Below are positions 13,934 through 29,100 of a stretch of DNA of 64,000 nucleotides, one piece after another. The notes beneath the pieces were generated by a model, which searched no databases, was not told the origin of the DNA, and worked only from the letters and a program-made list of their open reading frames with translations. Origin of the DNA: Eledone cirrhosa (Eukaryota); the NCBI GenBank assembly GCA_964016885.1, contig OZ024751.1, positions 9,672,001 to 9,736,000 of the forward strand. Reading direction: 5' to 3'. Positions within the stretch are counted from its first letter, which is position 1; the number at the start of each line of letters is the position of its first letter. A program made the position numbers and the translations under genes.

Positions 13934-16076
13934 ATGGACCTTTATGAATTGGATTATTCAATAAAAGATATACCTACTCCTTCCAACACAACTTATACCC
14001 AAATGCTTATAGATAAAATCGAACAAGTCGTTAAAAGAATGAGATGGAAGGCAATGGTTTACGATGGACTATTCAGTGCTGATACTAATGATTGTTTTGA
14101 CATCAAATCTCGTAAATATCCACCTAGTATTAAAGACATGGCCAACTTCGAATTAGACCTTGTTAATCTAATTAGTGATGTCAAATTTCGTAAGTACAAT
14201 AATAACTTTCAAACTAAACTATCTAACGATATTTCTAAGTTTAGAAATTCTACAAACACTTTTGTTATTTCTGATAAAACTAAAAATCTCTTTGAAGTTA
14301 ATAGTACTTTGTATAACCAACTTTTAACTAATAGTATTACCAATAAATATCAATTAACTAATAATAATACCTACAATACTATCAATAAAGAAGCTAAAGA
14401 ACTAGCTAGTTCTTTAAAAATAGACAACCGGATTGAAAGCCTAGCTAAGGGTAAAGAATATATTACCCTTAAAGACCATAAATTGGACTTTACTAATCGA
14501 CCTAGTTGTAGACTGATTAACCCGGCTAAATCCGAGGTTGGCCTTGTAAGTAAAACAATCTTAAGAAAAATAATTCTCCAAATTAGAACTAACACTGACC
14601 TATCACAGTGGCTAAATACTTCCTCTGTTATATCTTGGTGTAATAATATACAAGGTAAAAATAAGTGTAGAGTTACCCAATTTAATATTGTCGATTTTTA
14701 CCCCTCTATTACTGTTTCCTTATTAACTAATGCCTTCTTAGATTTTGCAAGACCCTTCATTAATATTTCTAAATTAGAATAAGACATTATCTTTCATGCT
14801 AGAAAAACTTTACTCTTTACTAATGATAATATTTGGGTTAAAAAGTCAAACCCTGAAAAATCTTTTGATGTTGCAATGGGTTCATATGACAGTGCGGATG
14901 TGTGTGACTTAGTAGGATTATTCCTTCTCCACACCCTCAAAGAGAAATTTCCTTCCCATAATATCGGTTTATACCGTGATGACGGATTAGCAGTTTCTCA
15001 TACCACCAACGGCCATAACCTTGATAAATTCCGTAAAGATTTAATCAATACTTTTGCTAATCTTAACCTTAAAATCAGTATAGATACGAACCTTACTAAT
15101 GCTAACTTTCTTGATATTAAACTTGATCTACTTACCACCTCTTTTAAACCCTATCATATACCTAATGAAAATCTTAGTTATATACACAAAGAGTCTTGCC
15201 ATCCCCCTATAGTTTTTAATAATCTTATTCCTAACATTAGCCGTAGGATTTCTACCTTATCTTCGTGTATAGACATTTTTAATAAAGCCGCCCCTTATTA
15301 TAATAAAGCCCTTAAGAACAGCGGTTTTACAGAAAACATGTCTTATTTACCTAACCCCCCCCCCCTAAAACTAACCACAATAACAGGAAAAGGAAGATTA
15401 TTTGGTTCACACACCCCCCCCCCTTCTCTCTAACTGTCAAAATTAATGTAGGAAGGAAATTCCTTGAACACTTAGATAAACATTTTCCTCCTAATCATAG
15501 ATATTATAAGATATTTAATAGGAACGTAGTTAAGATCAGCTACTCTTGTTGCCCATCTATGAAGTCCAAAATCACCAGTTCAAACCATACGAGAACAAAT
15601 CCAGGATGCAGTTGCAGGAAGCCGGATGAATGTCCATTGCAGGGTAAATGTAACACCAAATCTGTTGTTTATGAGGCTAAAATAACACCGGTAATCAACA
15701 ACCAGCCAGCCAGGAGTGAGCGATATGTCGGTATGACCCAGGACAGGTTTAAAACCAGATTTTACTCACATGTCGCTTCTTTTAAGCACTCCGATAAACG
15801 AACATCAACGGCCCTCGCAAGTAAGGTGTGGGAATTAAGGATAGTAACATCCCGTACTCTATCGATTGGTCTATATTAGACCATTCGAGGGAGTACCAAA
15901 GGGGCACAAAGAATTGTTCTTTGTGTACCACAGAAAAATATAGGATTTTGCTAAACTTGAGAACCACTTCCGCTTGCCTTAACTCAAAGACTGAGATCTT
16001 CAGATGCTGTCCTCATCTGAAATCGCATCTGATCTGTAACTGGATTGACACTCCTATGATAAATCAACTGCCTTGA
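13934..16076 (+). pseudogene. PLE RT + GIY-YIG ORF, interrupted by a stop and frameshifts
   Basis: YSIKDIP..KRMRWKA, RLINPAKSEVG, FNIVDFYPSI, MGSYDSADVCDLVG, LYRDDGL, FLDI, CSCRKPDECPLQGKC..VVYEA..YVGMT..FKTR, CSLCTTEK. TAA at 14780-14782; frameshifts near 15360 and 15840. Confidence 0.92.
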
Positions 16077-16270
16077 ACTCCTTTCCTGCTCTTTACTTCT
16101 GCTACGGTTTTCTTTATTTTGCTGAATCTACGTTCTGTACTCTTGTATATATTTTTTCTCCCTTATCTACCCTTATATTTCACTTTTTCCTATGTCTTCC
16201 GCCCCCCCCCCATATATTCTTTCTGCCTTGCCCTTCACATGCCTATGTGTATATGTATGTATATTTATGT

Positions 16271-16438
<168 letters not shown>

Positions 16439-16485
16439 ATATGTGTGTGTGTATATATATGTATATGTAGATAGACCAGGTTTTC

Positions 16486-16544
16486 TTCATTCTGAAGATT
16501 GAAGGCAAAATTCTTTTGCTTTTAAGAAACCACTGGTGAATGGA
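16486..16544 (+). ncRNA. Hammerhead copy with GUG triplet (probably inactive)
   Basis: UUCAUU-CUGAAGA-long helix II-GAAA-CCACUGG-UG-AAUGGA. N17=G violates the NUH rule. Confidence 0.65.
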
Positions 16545-16659
16545 ATAATTGCCTTATCTTCCTTATTACTTTATTACTTTACTACTATATATATGTATAT
16601 GTAAGGTTCATATGAATTATCTAAGACTGAGTTTTACACACACACACGTATGTGTGTGT

Positions 16660-16719
<60 letters not shown>

Positions 16720-16762
16720 TAAATATGATAATAAGGGCGCTGCGGAGTTGCAAATGGGTTAC

Positions 16763-17107
16763 ATATGAAAAAAGTTTGTCCTTCATCAGTGATCTTCCAA
16801 CTATCATAGGCATTTCATCGCTTTAAAGACCATATACCTCCGGTTGGTGCGAGCAACGGCTAAAACAAGTCGTTGGGACACGTAAATAAAGGGGGCGCGA
16901 GGGTAAACAAACAAAATGGCAAAGCAACAGAAAGTGAGGAAGTAGGAGACAAGTCCCAGATTTCTATGAATTTAAGTTCGGTGTGTATGTATTTACGTGT
17001 CCCAACGACTTTTTTTAGCCGTTGCTCGCACCAACCGGAGGTATATGGTCTTTAAAGCGATGAAATGCCTATGATAGTTGGAAGATCACTGATGAAGGAC
17101 AAACTTT

Positions 17108-17115
<8 letters not shown>
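16763..17115. mobile_element. Fold-back cassette in (TA)n
   Basis: ~125 bp near-perfect inverted repeat 16763-16888 / 16990-17115 with a ~100 bp spacer. Contains hammerhead core halves. Confidence 0.75.
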
Positions 17116-17161
<46 letters not shown>

Positions 17162-17289
17162 GTGTGTGTGTGTTTGTATTTGGTTGTGCGTGTTTATGAT
17201 ATGTACGTATTTGTATGTGTATAATTGTATAGCTATGTATGTATATGTGTGTGTGTATGTATACATATATATGTTTGTGTGTATTTTTA

Positions 17290-17362
<73 letters not shown>

Positions 17363-17732
17363 ATAATTGTATACGTGTGTGTGTGCGTGTTTGTGCATGT
17401 ATTTGTGTATGTGTATGTATATGTTTATGTATTTGTATATGTATATTTATGTGTGAGAGTGTGTGTATGTATTTACTATTTCGTACGTATGTATACGTGC
17501 ATTTGTGTGTATTACTTACCACGCGTGTCTGTTCATCTACCCGCCATCTATAATTTTTATATTTTTTTATATATATTTTTCCTTATATTTATCTGCGTGT
17601 GTGAATATGTAGAGGAGTGCATTTATGTATATGTATGTATGTACGTGTGTATATATGTATGATTGTGTGCATGTATGTATATGTATGTGTGTATGGCTAT
17701 GTTTGTGTATGTGTATGCTTGTACATATATAT

Positions 17733-17795
<63 letters not shown>

Positions 17796-18003
17796 GTATA
17801 TATATATATATGTATATATACTATATTTATGTTTCTATATGTATGTATGTGTGTATATATGTGTGTGTGGTTGTATATATGTATGTGTATGTATGGATGT
17901 GTTGATATTTATGTGCGTATGTATATATGTGTATATGTATGTGTATGTGTGATTTATATACACATATATGTGTGTATATATGTGTGTGTGTATGTATGAG
18001 TGT

Positions 18004-18034
<31 letters not shown>

Positions 18035-18210
18035 TGAGTGTGTGTGTGTGTATGTATGCTTTTGTGTGTGCGTGTGCGCGTTTGTGTGTGTGTTTGCATG
18101 TGTGGTTTTATTTTATTTTTCCTTTCCTTCTTCTTTCTCCAGCCTCACTTTCATATAGATTGCATTTTTGTTTTTTTTAAATCCAAATTCAATAAACAGA
18201 CCAGGATTTT

Positions 18211-18268
18211 TTCATTCTGAGGATTGAAAGCAAAATCTTTTGCTTTTAAGAAACCACTGGTAAATGGA
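18211..18268 (+). ncRNA. Type I hammerhead ribozyme in PLE pLTR
   Basis: UUCAUU-CUGAGGA-UUGAAAGCAAAA UC UUUUGCUUUUAA-GAAA-CCA C UGG-UA-AAUGGA. 12 bp helix II, 1 nt helix III loop, GUA. Confidence 0.88.
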
Positions 18269-18294
18269 ATAATTGCCTTATGTTGTTTATTACA

Positions 18295-18342
<48 letters not shown>

Positions 18343-18344
18343 TG

Positions 18345-18480
18345 TCTGTGTGGCTGCCCGTGTGTGTGTGTGTGGTTGCCCGTGTGCATGTACGTGTCTA
18401 TGGTTTGCCCGCGTGCGTGTGTGTGGTTGCCCGTGTGTGTGGTTGCCTGTGCGTGTGGTCGCCTGTGTGTGTGTGGTTGC

Positions 18481-18528
<48 letters not shown>

Positions 18529-18550
18529 TTGCCCGTGTGTGTGGTTGCAT
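18345..18550. repeat. Minisatellite GGTTGCCC interspersed with (TG)n
   Basis: Repeated GTGTGGTTGCCCGTGTG units. Confidence 0.8.
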
Positions 18551-18732
18551 GTGTGTGTGTCTATGTGGTTACGTATATATGTATAAGTGTATGCCTTATA
18601 TTCCGACAGAAGACATTTTACAACCTTTCAAAGAAAGTTGCTATTTTTCGATCATATATCCAGTGATCAGTCCGCTCTATTCTTCTTTGCCGGTTTATTC
18701 ATATAACAATCACGGTGATGTTCGGTGGGACG

Positions 18733-18778
18733 GACCGTCCTGACGAAGGCCAATTAAGCCTGAAACGCATAGACGGTT
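18733..18778 (+). ncRNA. Type I hammerhead ribozyme
   Basis: GACCGUC-CUGACGA-AGGC CAAUUAA GCCU-GAAA-CGCA-UA-GACGGUU. 7 bp helix I, 4 bp helix II, minimal helix III. Confidence 0.85.
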
Positions 18779-18927
18779 GTCCCCCTTGTTTCTGCTGGAC
18801 CTCACCAGATGGCGTTAGCCCCCCCCCCCGTGTTTGCATAGCTACGGCTTCCTAAAACCGTATTTCCTTGGAGAGCCGAAATATTGATACATGTTGTATA
18901 AAGCTATGCTTGAAGCGAAATCATATT

Positions 18928-18986
<59 letters not shown>

Positions 18987-19205
18987 AAAGAAAATATGGT
19001 GTAACACACAAGTTATTATATATTGGTAAACGGAATAGAAAATGCTGACAAATTGTTCACAGTTGAAAAATGGTTTAATATATATATATGATCAAAAGAT
19101 GGTTAAAAAGTTCCATATATTATGTATACTCCAGTCCTACAAACTGTAGAGTGCTTCTTATCCGATATCTGCATGCTTTATTGTACTCCAATAAAACTCA
19201 CCTCC

Positions 19206-19356
<151 letters not shown>

Positions 19357-19679
19357 GTATATATATATTATAAACAGTCGGAATAAGATGGTTGAGCTTT
19401 AGCTGTTTCAACAGCTAGTTCCAGTCTCGAACCAGTTGTTGAAACGACAAGAACTTAGCCGTCGGGTCCGACTCTATATAATTGAGCCACATTCTACTGC
19501 CACATCTATCGAGTACTTTGTTGAATAATGGTCTGACTAGTCTCACACTGGTTCTATCCGGATGTATATACTCTGTCAGGGTAGGTCCTTAGAGTAATAA
19601 CATACGTTTAAATAGCTTGACAAATTGAACATTGTGGTAGGGAAAATCTAACACACAATATACAAAATATATATATATA

Positions 19680-19758
19680 CAGGGTGTCCCAAAACAATGT
19701 ATACACACTTTGATTAGAATGCTGTTAAAGTGTGTATAAATGTTTGGGGGACATCCTA
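19680..19758. mobile_element. ~80 bp Tc1/mariner-type MITE remnant
   Basis: TA|CAGGGTGTCCCAAAACAATGTATACACACTTT ... AAAGTGTGTATAAATGTTTGGGGGACATCCTA, imperfect TIRs nearly abutting. Confidence 0.6.
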
Positions 19759-19851
19759 CGTCAACATGAATGGACCTGTTATTTTTATCTAAAGACATGT
19801 TTTCCAATTCCATCCCGCCAGTCCTCTCAATCTATTTTACTTCTCATTTTT

Positions 19852-19887
19852 TCTTCTCATGAAGGACTAGCGTCTGAAACGTTAAGA
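19852..19887 (+). ncRNA. Degenerate hammerhead
   Basis: UCUU-CUCAUGA-AGGAC UAGC GUCU-GAAA-CG-UU-AAGA, with a G5C substitution. Confidence 0.4.
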
Positions 19888-20446
19888 CCCGCTTCCTGCT
19901 ATATCAAGCGTTAACCTAATATATACCTTCCATATACTGTACTGATTATGTTGTTATTTCTGTTTACCTTTTACGTACATATATATATAGGAGGTGGGGT
20001 TAACGAGTAACAGCCTAGGTCAATGGCGGCTGACATAGTGAATAGTAACTGAAACATGAAAATATTTCGCCAAGTAATTTATGGTGCGTATTATTTAGTT
20101 TTTTTTATGTGTTATAATTTATGTCCTTTCTTCCTGTTTTTTTTTGGGGGGAGAGGGGGGGGGGCGTTAGCCATAGCACCGACTACCTGTTAGATCTCCG
20201 TACACTCTCAGTGATGGAATATCTCACTTAGATGAAGGGAAATTATTTATATAACCCTTCCTACCTTATATCTACTCTCTATTTACTATATATATGTGTG
20301 TGTATGTGTCGGTGTGTGTGTGTGTATGCATATGTGTGTGTATGTATATATATATATATATGTATATTTATATATGTGTGTATAAATGTGTATATATATG
20401 TATGTATATATGTGTCTGTATATATATGTATATATACATATATGTG

Positions 20447-20495
<49 letters not shown>

Positions 20496-20769
20496 ATATA
20501 TGTGTGTGTGTGTGTATATAATATATATATGTGTGTGTATATATATAGATAATATATATATATATGAGGGCAGAGTGTGTTTATGTGGCATTGGGTGCGT
20601 GTGATTGTGTATATATATATATAAATGTGTGTGTGTGTGTATGTGTATGTGTGTGTATGTATATGTGTGTGTATATATATATATATGTATATTTATATAT
20701 GTGTGTATAAATGTGTATATATATATGTATATATGTATCTGTATATATATGTATATATACATATATGTG

Positions 20770-20825
<56 letters not shown>

Positions 20826-21248
20826 ATATATGTATGTGCATATATATATATGAGGACAGAGTGTGTTTATGTGGCATTGGGTGTGTGTGATTCTCTATAT
20901 ATATATATAAATGTGTGTGTGTGTTTGTGTGTGCGTGTGTGTTTGTGTGTGCACATGTATGTACATGTGAAAAATGTGTATATCTACGTGTGCTGATAGA
21001 TTAACATTTTGCTTTACTTTACTTATTGTTGTTTCAACAAATTGTTCTCTAGATGGAAAAACATACAATTTTCTCAACCATTGAGTTATATACGAAATAA
21101 AATTCGATTTACAGATCTGGAAATAAAATGTTTTGTGTTTAAAATTAATTTAGATTATTTCTGTTCCCGTTCTTTAACTAAATAATTCAGCTTTGGAAAC
21201 CAAAATAGCAAAAGATTAAAAATATATAGCATGTAAAGAAAGAAATAA

Positions 21249-21289
<41 letters not shown>

Positions 21290-21320
21290 TTGTATATATA
21301 TATAATTATATATACATACT

Positions 21321-21357
<37 letters not shown>

Positions 21358-22045
21358 AAATTATATTTATATATATATATGTATATAATTATATTTATAT
21401 ATATATAAATGTAGAGAGAGAGAGAGAGAAATAGAGTGATAGAGAGAGGGAACTCTATATTTACTTTTTCTTTATTTCATACTTATTTCCTGAACCAACG
21501 TGCTTTTTAATTAAACATGCCATGTAAATGCCACAATAATATTCTATGTAGCAATCTACATCCATTATTTACAAGTAAATATTTAGAACGTACTGAATGA
21601 TATCAAATGAGACAAACTTCGTAAATATCTTAAGCAATATTTTCTTTCTCTAGGTGCGGTTAGGAATGTAGAAACTCATTTCCATTACTCTTCAATGTTG
21701 GAAAATATGTTTTATATGAATCATATAAAAGTTGAGATTTTTACATAATTGCTGATCCAACAGCACAGAATGCTTAGAAAAATCTAATTCACTCGTTTTG
21801 AAGGAAAGTTTCATTATAGAAATGTTGCAGTGGCTTTACATGGGATCAATATAAAAAGTTTTTCCGTTAAGTTCATTCTTCAAACTAATATAAAGAGAGC
21901 TAAACAGATTAGATCAGAGGTAAAGAGACCAAGTGGGCCAGTCCACATGCGGCTACAATTTTGAAGGAGAGGAGTTTTTTATCCTTAAATTCTTTTAATA
22001 TATTATTTTACTTCTCTGTATATATTAGATACATTACATATATGT

Positions 22046-22345
22046 GAAGGCGTGTAACTTTGTAGTTAAGGTGTTCGGCTCAAAATCGTAAGGTCGTGAG
22101 TTCGATTTCCGGCAGCGAGTTGTGTTCTTGAGCAAGACACTTTATTTCACGTTGCTCCAGTCCACTCAGCTGACAAAAATGAGTTGTAGCATTAATTCCA
22201 AGGGCCAGCCTTGTCACGTTCGGTGTCGAGCTGAATCTCGCAGAGAACTACATTAATGTTACGCGTGTCTGTGGAAGGCTTAACCATTTGCACGTTAATT
22301 TCATAATGAGAATATGCGTCGCCGTAATCGATGGGGTGTCAGCTA
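22046..22345 (+). mobile_element. tRNA-derived SINE, second family (partial copy at ~57225-57316)
   Basis: tRNA-like head with B box GAGTTCGATT, then TCTTGAGCAAGACACTTTATTTCAC shared with 57286-57310. Confidence 0.75.
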
Positions 22346-23024
22346 TATGTATGTGTAGATATGTACAATCCATACAAAAATGATATGTATATAACACTGA
22401 TTTCTAAACTATATAATGAACAGTTTAAAATGAGGCACTCGTGTCATCTCTAGCCTGCGTATATTACCAGCATTGAGAGTGTCTGTTCCTAGATACAATA
22501 TGTCTAACAATAAAAGGTAGTTTGAAGATGAACTGACAACGGAGAATATTTTACCAACAGACCAGGTACAAAACCTGATATTATTAATCTGTATTTTATA
22601 TCCTCAGAGATCCAGTATTTCTATCGTTCCTATCCTACATAGCCATGTCTAAGTGATTGTGATTCAAACACATACACACACATGTACATACAGATAAACA
22701 TATATATATGTATGTGTGTGTATGAGTGTGTGCGTGTTTATAAATGTGTGTGTATGCGCGCATTTATGTGTGTACATATATATATATAGAGAGAGAAAGA
22801 GATAAAGAGATAAAGAGAGAGATGGGGGAGAAGAGATATATAGATAGATAGATATGTGTGTATGTGTATGTATATATTCATGTATATACATGTATAGAAA
22901 GGTGCACGTATGTAAGTAAATATATATACATATATGTCTCTGTGTGTAAATATATGCCTGTATGCATGTGTGTGTATATATATATATATCTATATATATC
23001 TATATATATATAAACATATATATA

Positions 23025-23076
<52 letters not shown>

Positions 23077-23803
23077 TACATGTATAGAACGACAGGTAAT
23101 CAAATAATAAAAAAAAGAGAGAGAGGTAGGGGAGAACTAGATGTAGAGAGATAGAGAACTTAACACATATATAGGAATATCTATACATATTTCCATTTCA
23201 ATATCTTTTTGGAAGATATCATAAAAATAATAACAATAACAACAAAAAAGTAATATGGAATAAAATGAAATATATTGACATCTAACATTCTTTTAATTCC
23301 AGAAACATGTTCTTGTTGTTGTTATTATTGTCGTTGTTGATGGTGTTTCTGTTGTTGCTGTTACTGTTGTATAGAAAAATTCAACAAGATCCTATTTTGT
23401 GTGTCAATATATTTTTATTTACTTTTCACTCATTGATGTATGGATATTTTCAGGTTTTTCAAATTATTTCCCTTTCATTCACATTTCGGTTTTTCAGATT
23501 TAGGGCGGTTATTTTTGTGATGTTGTTTTGGGGGTTATTTTTGCCCTTTTTCTTTACCTTTTCATACATCCTTATCGGTAAAGGTTTTCATGTAGGATAA
23601 CTCTATGAGGTAAAGAAAAGGAAAATTAATAAAACTTCAGATATGTGTGTATGTGTGTGTATGTGTGTATGTGTGTATGTGTGTATGTGTGTGTATGCGT
23701 TTGTAAGTTTGTATGTGTGTATATGTGCGCCTGCGTATTGGCATTTACAGGTATATCTGATATGCATTTATATATATGTATATACCAAGTTATATATATA
23801 TAT

Positions 23804-23897
<94 letters not shown>

Positions 23898-24340
23898 CTA
23901 TATATATATAAATATTTATTTATTTATATATCTTTATATATATATATATATATATTTACACACACACATAGTTAGTTAGATAGATAGATAGATATATTGA
24001 TAGAAATAGGTATACATGAATACTCTCGTGATGACAATAATATATATATATATTATTGTAAGTATATATATATATGTATATATATTTATCCATATGTACG
24101 TATAGGTTCATACATATCTATATTTATGTATACATATACGTATATATTCATACATATATATATGTATATATATATTTATACATATATATATATATATACA
24201 TATATATATATGTATAAATATATACGTATATGTATACATACATATATATATATATACGTATATATTTATACATATATATATTTATATATATATACGTATA
24301 TATTCATACATATATATATGTATATATATATTTATACATA

Positions 24341-24371
<31 letters not shown>

Positions 24372-24534
24372 GTATAAATATATACGTATATGTATACATA
24401 AATATATATATATATATATATATATACGTATATATTTATACATATATATATTTATATATATATACGTATATATTTATACATATATATATATATGCGTATA
24501 TATTTATACATACATGTATGTATATATATATATA

Positions 24535-24619
<85 letters not shown>

Positions 24620-25548
24620 ATATTATATGTATGTATAATGCAAAATCGAAAACGTAAAAATATTAGCACATGAAATAACACAGTACAATAATCTAAAAAT
24701 TAAAATTCAACTAAGGGGAATTAACTCAACTAGGCTAATACCATGGATCGGATACATCAGGTATGCATGTATGTTGAGTATGACGCACGTAAAAAAGAAA
24801 ATTCTCAATGAGTTGAAATTTTCCTCTCAGTTGGAAAGAGGAAGTTATACCTTGCAGCATTCGTTAGCGAGTCACAAACAAAAGGGAAAGATAATTCCAC
24901 GAAATTATGAATTATTTCAGAAAAAAATCATTCTCAAGCTTAAGGGAAAATCTTACGTTTGTTAACATCCCTTAAAAATGACAAATCTTTATTTTCTTTT
25001 ATTATTATTCAATTTCTTGAAATTATCTCGCGTTTTCTCAGTGCGATGCTAACGAATCTAGAGGTTTGTGTTTTCTGTTTCTATCTAGAGGGAAAATTTC
25101 AATTCATTAAAGAATTTTTCGTACAACATTCAGTAGAGGAATGATGCTGGCTTAGTTTTTTAGCTATTTCCTTTAAGTTAATATTATTCTTTATTATGCA
25201 AATTCTACTCACCAGAAGTTATAAGAAACCCTTCTATATATTAGAATCTGTATGCTTCCATGTTGTCTAAGCTTCTCAGATGAGATTTAATATGACCAAA
25301 TAATGTCCGTAACTTTCAACGTCTCTTTTCCATTAAGCAATAGAATTAAATAAGTTTAGTTAATTAGAAATTTATTGAAAATATCTCCCATTTATTATTT
25401 GTTTATTTAAAAAAAAAAAAATCCAAAAGAATGCCAATGGGGATTTGCTTTCGTTTTCCAGCCAAAGAAAATTTCAAATGTTAATTGCATACATATACAC
25501 ACACAAACACTAGCATTCACACACACGCACATATATATATATATATAT

Positions 25549-25627
<79 letters not shown>

Positions 25628-25653
25628 CGTATGTGTGTATGTAAATATGTGTA

Positions 25654-25695
<42 letters not shown>

Positions 25696-25805
25696 TAAAA
25701 GGAATTCCAACTTTGTCTGATTTACTCGTTTTATTTACAATCCTTTAAAATTATAATGGTATTAGAATGAAATAGTATGGTAGAATATTAAATGTTAAGT
25801 GTTAA

Positions 25806-25846
25806 TTGAATAAGCACTTTCATGCTTTCGCAATCTTCAGGTTCAA
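25806..25846 (-). ncRNA. Hammerhead in pLTR (second copy at 29800-29840)
   Basis: UUGAAC-CUGAAGA-U UGC GAAA GCA U-GAAA-GUGC(or CUAC)-UU-(A/G)UUCAA. Confidence 0.6.
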
Positions 25847-26128
25847 ATTCTGTGGTAACAGTCAAGTTTGCAATTTTCAACTGTAATGAGATGGGTAAAT
25901 TGTGTGCCTTATATACAGTGAAAAGCGGCTACAGAATGCTAAATTTTCCAAACTGTATTTCGACCAATCAGTATGTAGTTTCACTGGATTACTGAAGCTG
26001 ATTGGTTTAGGCGTTGGTTGAGTATGTCTAACGACTTCTATTTGGCCCTGTCCAAAGCATCAATTGTTTTGCTATTTTTAGAAATGATGAAAATAGCATT
26101 TTCTAGGGTTTTATACCCCTAAGAATTA

Positions 26129-29100
26129 TTATTGTTCATTTAGCTTGGGTTGGAATTTATCAATAACATTCTTTTCCTTGATTTTTCTCTTGATTTCACT
26201 TGGGCTGTGTAGTTTGTAGAATGGAAATATTATAGATATTTTCTGACCACATGTTGCTAGATGATTACTCGGGGGTATCTGACGGACATTTGGGTCTCTG
26301 ATTTGCTGTCGGTGCACCCGTGCACGTTCCGATAGTGTATTTCCAGTTTGACCGACATATAGTTCTTCACAATTCGGGCATTTAATGCAGTAAATTAGAT
26401 TTCTGCTTTTGCAGTTCATATTTGCATTTTGGAATATTTTTCCAATTTTTGTGTTCATATATTGACCGGTGTGTATGGATTGACATGTGCCACATCGACT
26501 ATCATTGCATTTAAATACAGTGAATGATTGGTCTTTGTTGTTAAGGTCACACTTTGCTTTTGTTAGTAATTGCTTCAAATATTTTGGCTGTCTTTTACTA
26601 AGAGTCAAAGATCGGTCTGTGATTAAGCCTTTTAATTCATTACTTTGAGCAATGATCGGTAACATGGGTTGTGTGTCATTATAAATGGTATGACCAGTTC
26701 TTGGTTTCTTCTTCCTTGGGTTGTCCTAAGTTGTTGTATAGGTATTTTGATAGCCCGATGTATGCCATTTTCTATAAATAGAGATGGGTATTTTTGTTTG
26801 GGCAAAAGTTCTCTCAGTTCTGTTAGGCGTTTGTTTCTGGTATTTGTATCTTCTATAATTGTACAAATTCTTCTGGCTAGGCAGTATGAGATTTTGCGTT
26901 TTGTATGAGGTGGATGGCACGACTTAAAATTCAGATATTCATGGGTGTCTGTGTGTTTATAATATATATCCGTGGTAATGGTGGTGTCGTTTTTAATTAC
27001 TATTATATCTAGGAATGGTAATTTGGTACTACTCATCTCTTTTGTGAATTGGAAAGATGGGTGTAGGTTATTCAGGAGGATATTGAACTCATCCAGAGTA
27101 TTTACAGATTCTGTCCAGATTATGAAACAGTCGTCAAGCTATCTCTTCCAAGATTTTTCAATGTACTTTCTAAAGTCAGTGCTATATTTTTCCTCTATTT
27201 CTTGGTAGAGTTGATGTTCTAAGTATCCCATTACAGAGTTCGCGTAAACGGGAGCAAACTTCGTTCCCATTGCTGTGCCTCTAATTTGGATGTAATTCTT
27301 TCCATTGAAGAAGAAAGTGTTGTTTTCCCGAATAAGTTTGACTGTGTCTAGTATAAATGGCGCTGTGAATCTGGTGGGAGTCACTTCTGTGTTTTTCCAC
27401 CCAGTATTTAACCGCCTTTATTCCTCAATCATGTGTAATGTTGGTGTAAAGGCTTACCACATCAAAACTAAGTAGAAGTGAATTCGTTTCCGTGGTTTTG
27501 GGAAGATGGGACAGGAAGTCGATATCATCCCGGATGAAACTGGGTATGTGAATACATAGTGGTTTCAAAATAATATCAACAAAATTGCTTAGACGGTGAA
27601 TAGGGCAAGTCTTTTGGGTGTAGTAATTTAATATACTCACTTTTTTGTTCTTTTACTGCCAGTTGGATTTCTTTTGACTTATGAACTTTCGGTAGGCCAT
27701 ACAGGTTGCTGGGTTTTGGCTCAAAATTGGTGATGTAGTCTCTTTCCTTATCAGTAAGTGAGCTGTAGTATTTTGAAGCCAGGTTGTTGATCTTCTTCAT
27801 GATTTTGTGGTCTATATTTGACGGTATTTCATGATAGAATGTTGTGTCTTTCAGTTGTTCCTCAACCAAATCTTTGTAGTATTCAGCATCCATTATAACA
27901 ACTACATCCCCTTTATCTGCTTGTTTAATTATTATTCTTTTATCATTTTGTATACCTTCAAGTGCAGACATTTCCGATTTGTTAATGTTTTGCCTAAGAT
28001 TAGTATTACGTATGAGAGGAAATTTAGACAGGATGTCAATGTATTGGTCGAGATAGATATTTCTTCCTTTTGGCGGAGTGAAATTTGATTTATTCTTTAC
28101 TAGTGATTCATCACTCTCATTACTTTTATCAGCGAAAAATTCTACAAGTCGTAATTTTCGACAGAATTCTTGGGTATCCTCCTTCAGTTCTTGGTGGTTG
28201 ACTGTTGGAGTCGGTGTGAATTTCAGTCCTTTTGACAGAATTTGCATTTCATCATTGTCAAGATCTCTTTTGGATAAATTAATTATTTTAGGATCTACGT
28301 GTACAGTTGTTTTGGGGTATGTTTCCTCCTGGAGTTTTTTTTCCGGTTTTTGTTGCCCTGACGTTAAAAATGGATTTTTCTCTGTTCAGGATTTATATTC
28401 CTGTTGGTGTTTGCTTGATGAACTTTTGGTCGTGATATTATATTTGGTTTCGTTATGTTTTTTATCCTAGTTTTGGTATTATATATATTATTTTTCCATT
28501 TCTTGTTAGTATTATTTTTAACATTATTGTTAGCATTATTTTTAAGCAAACCTAGGTCATTTCAGGTTTAGATCGTTTTTCCGCCCAGTTTCTTGTGGGT
28601 AATCTCTGTTGAGATCTTGAGAGTGATCTGGTTATTCTACGGTTTTGTTCCCCGTTCCTTGTGGGTAGTCTCTGTTGAGATCTTGAGAATGATCTCCTGG
28701 TTTTTCTACTTCTCATGGTCTGGTCAAAGGAATATCTATCGTGTTTATGCTTTTTGTTCATGTTGTGTACGTTAGGGTGTTTTTGTAGAAAAAGCGAAGA
28801 GTTCTTACCGTAGTTCTTCTTTGATTCAAGGTAAGGTGAGTGTTTGTGTTGCCACGTGTTCTGGCGTATGTTGTGTTGGCGAGATTGTCCACTTTTAGTG
28901 CTTTTTCTCAGAGTTCCAGAGTCTTTACCGTAATTTGCAGCATATTCGTCTAGAAATAATTGTTTCTGCTGCCTAACTTTCTTGATTTGCTTTCTTATTT
29001 TGAGATATCTCTGATCCATTGTTCTCGTAGTTTTTCAGCTATATTACCAGTCGTTAGCTTTGAAAATTCGACTTCAATTTGGTCATCGATAGCTTCATAT

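Noticed and set aside
14780-14782. In-frame stop in the PLE ORF as selenocysteine recoding
   Set aside because: The codon is TAA, not TGA, and the ORF has additional frameshifts.
21654-21919. Possible host exon (polypyrimidine-AG ... GTAAAG)
   Set aside because: The frames I translated hit stops and gave no recognisable protein.
22046-22115. tRNA gene
   Set aside because: The cloverleaf is incomplete and continues into a SINE body shared with ~57290.
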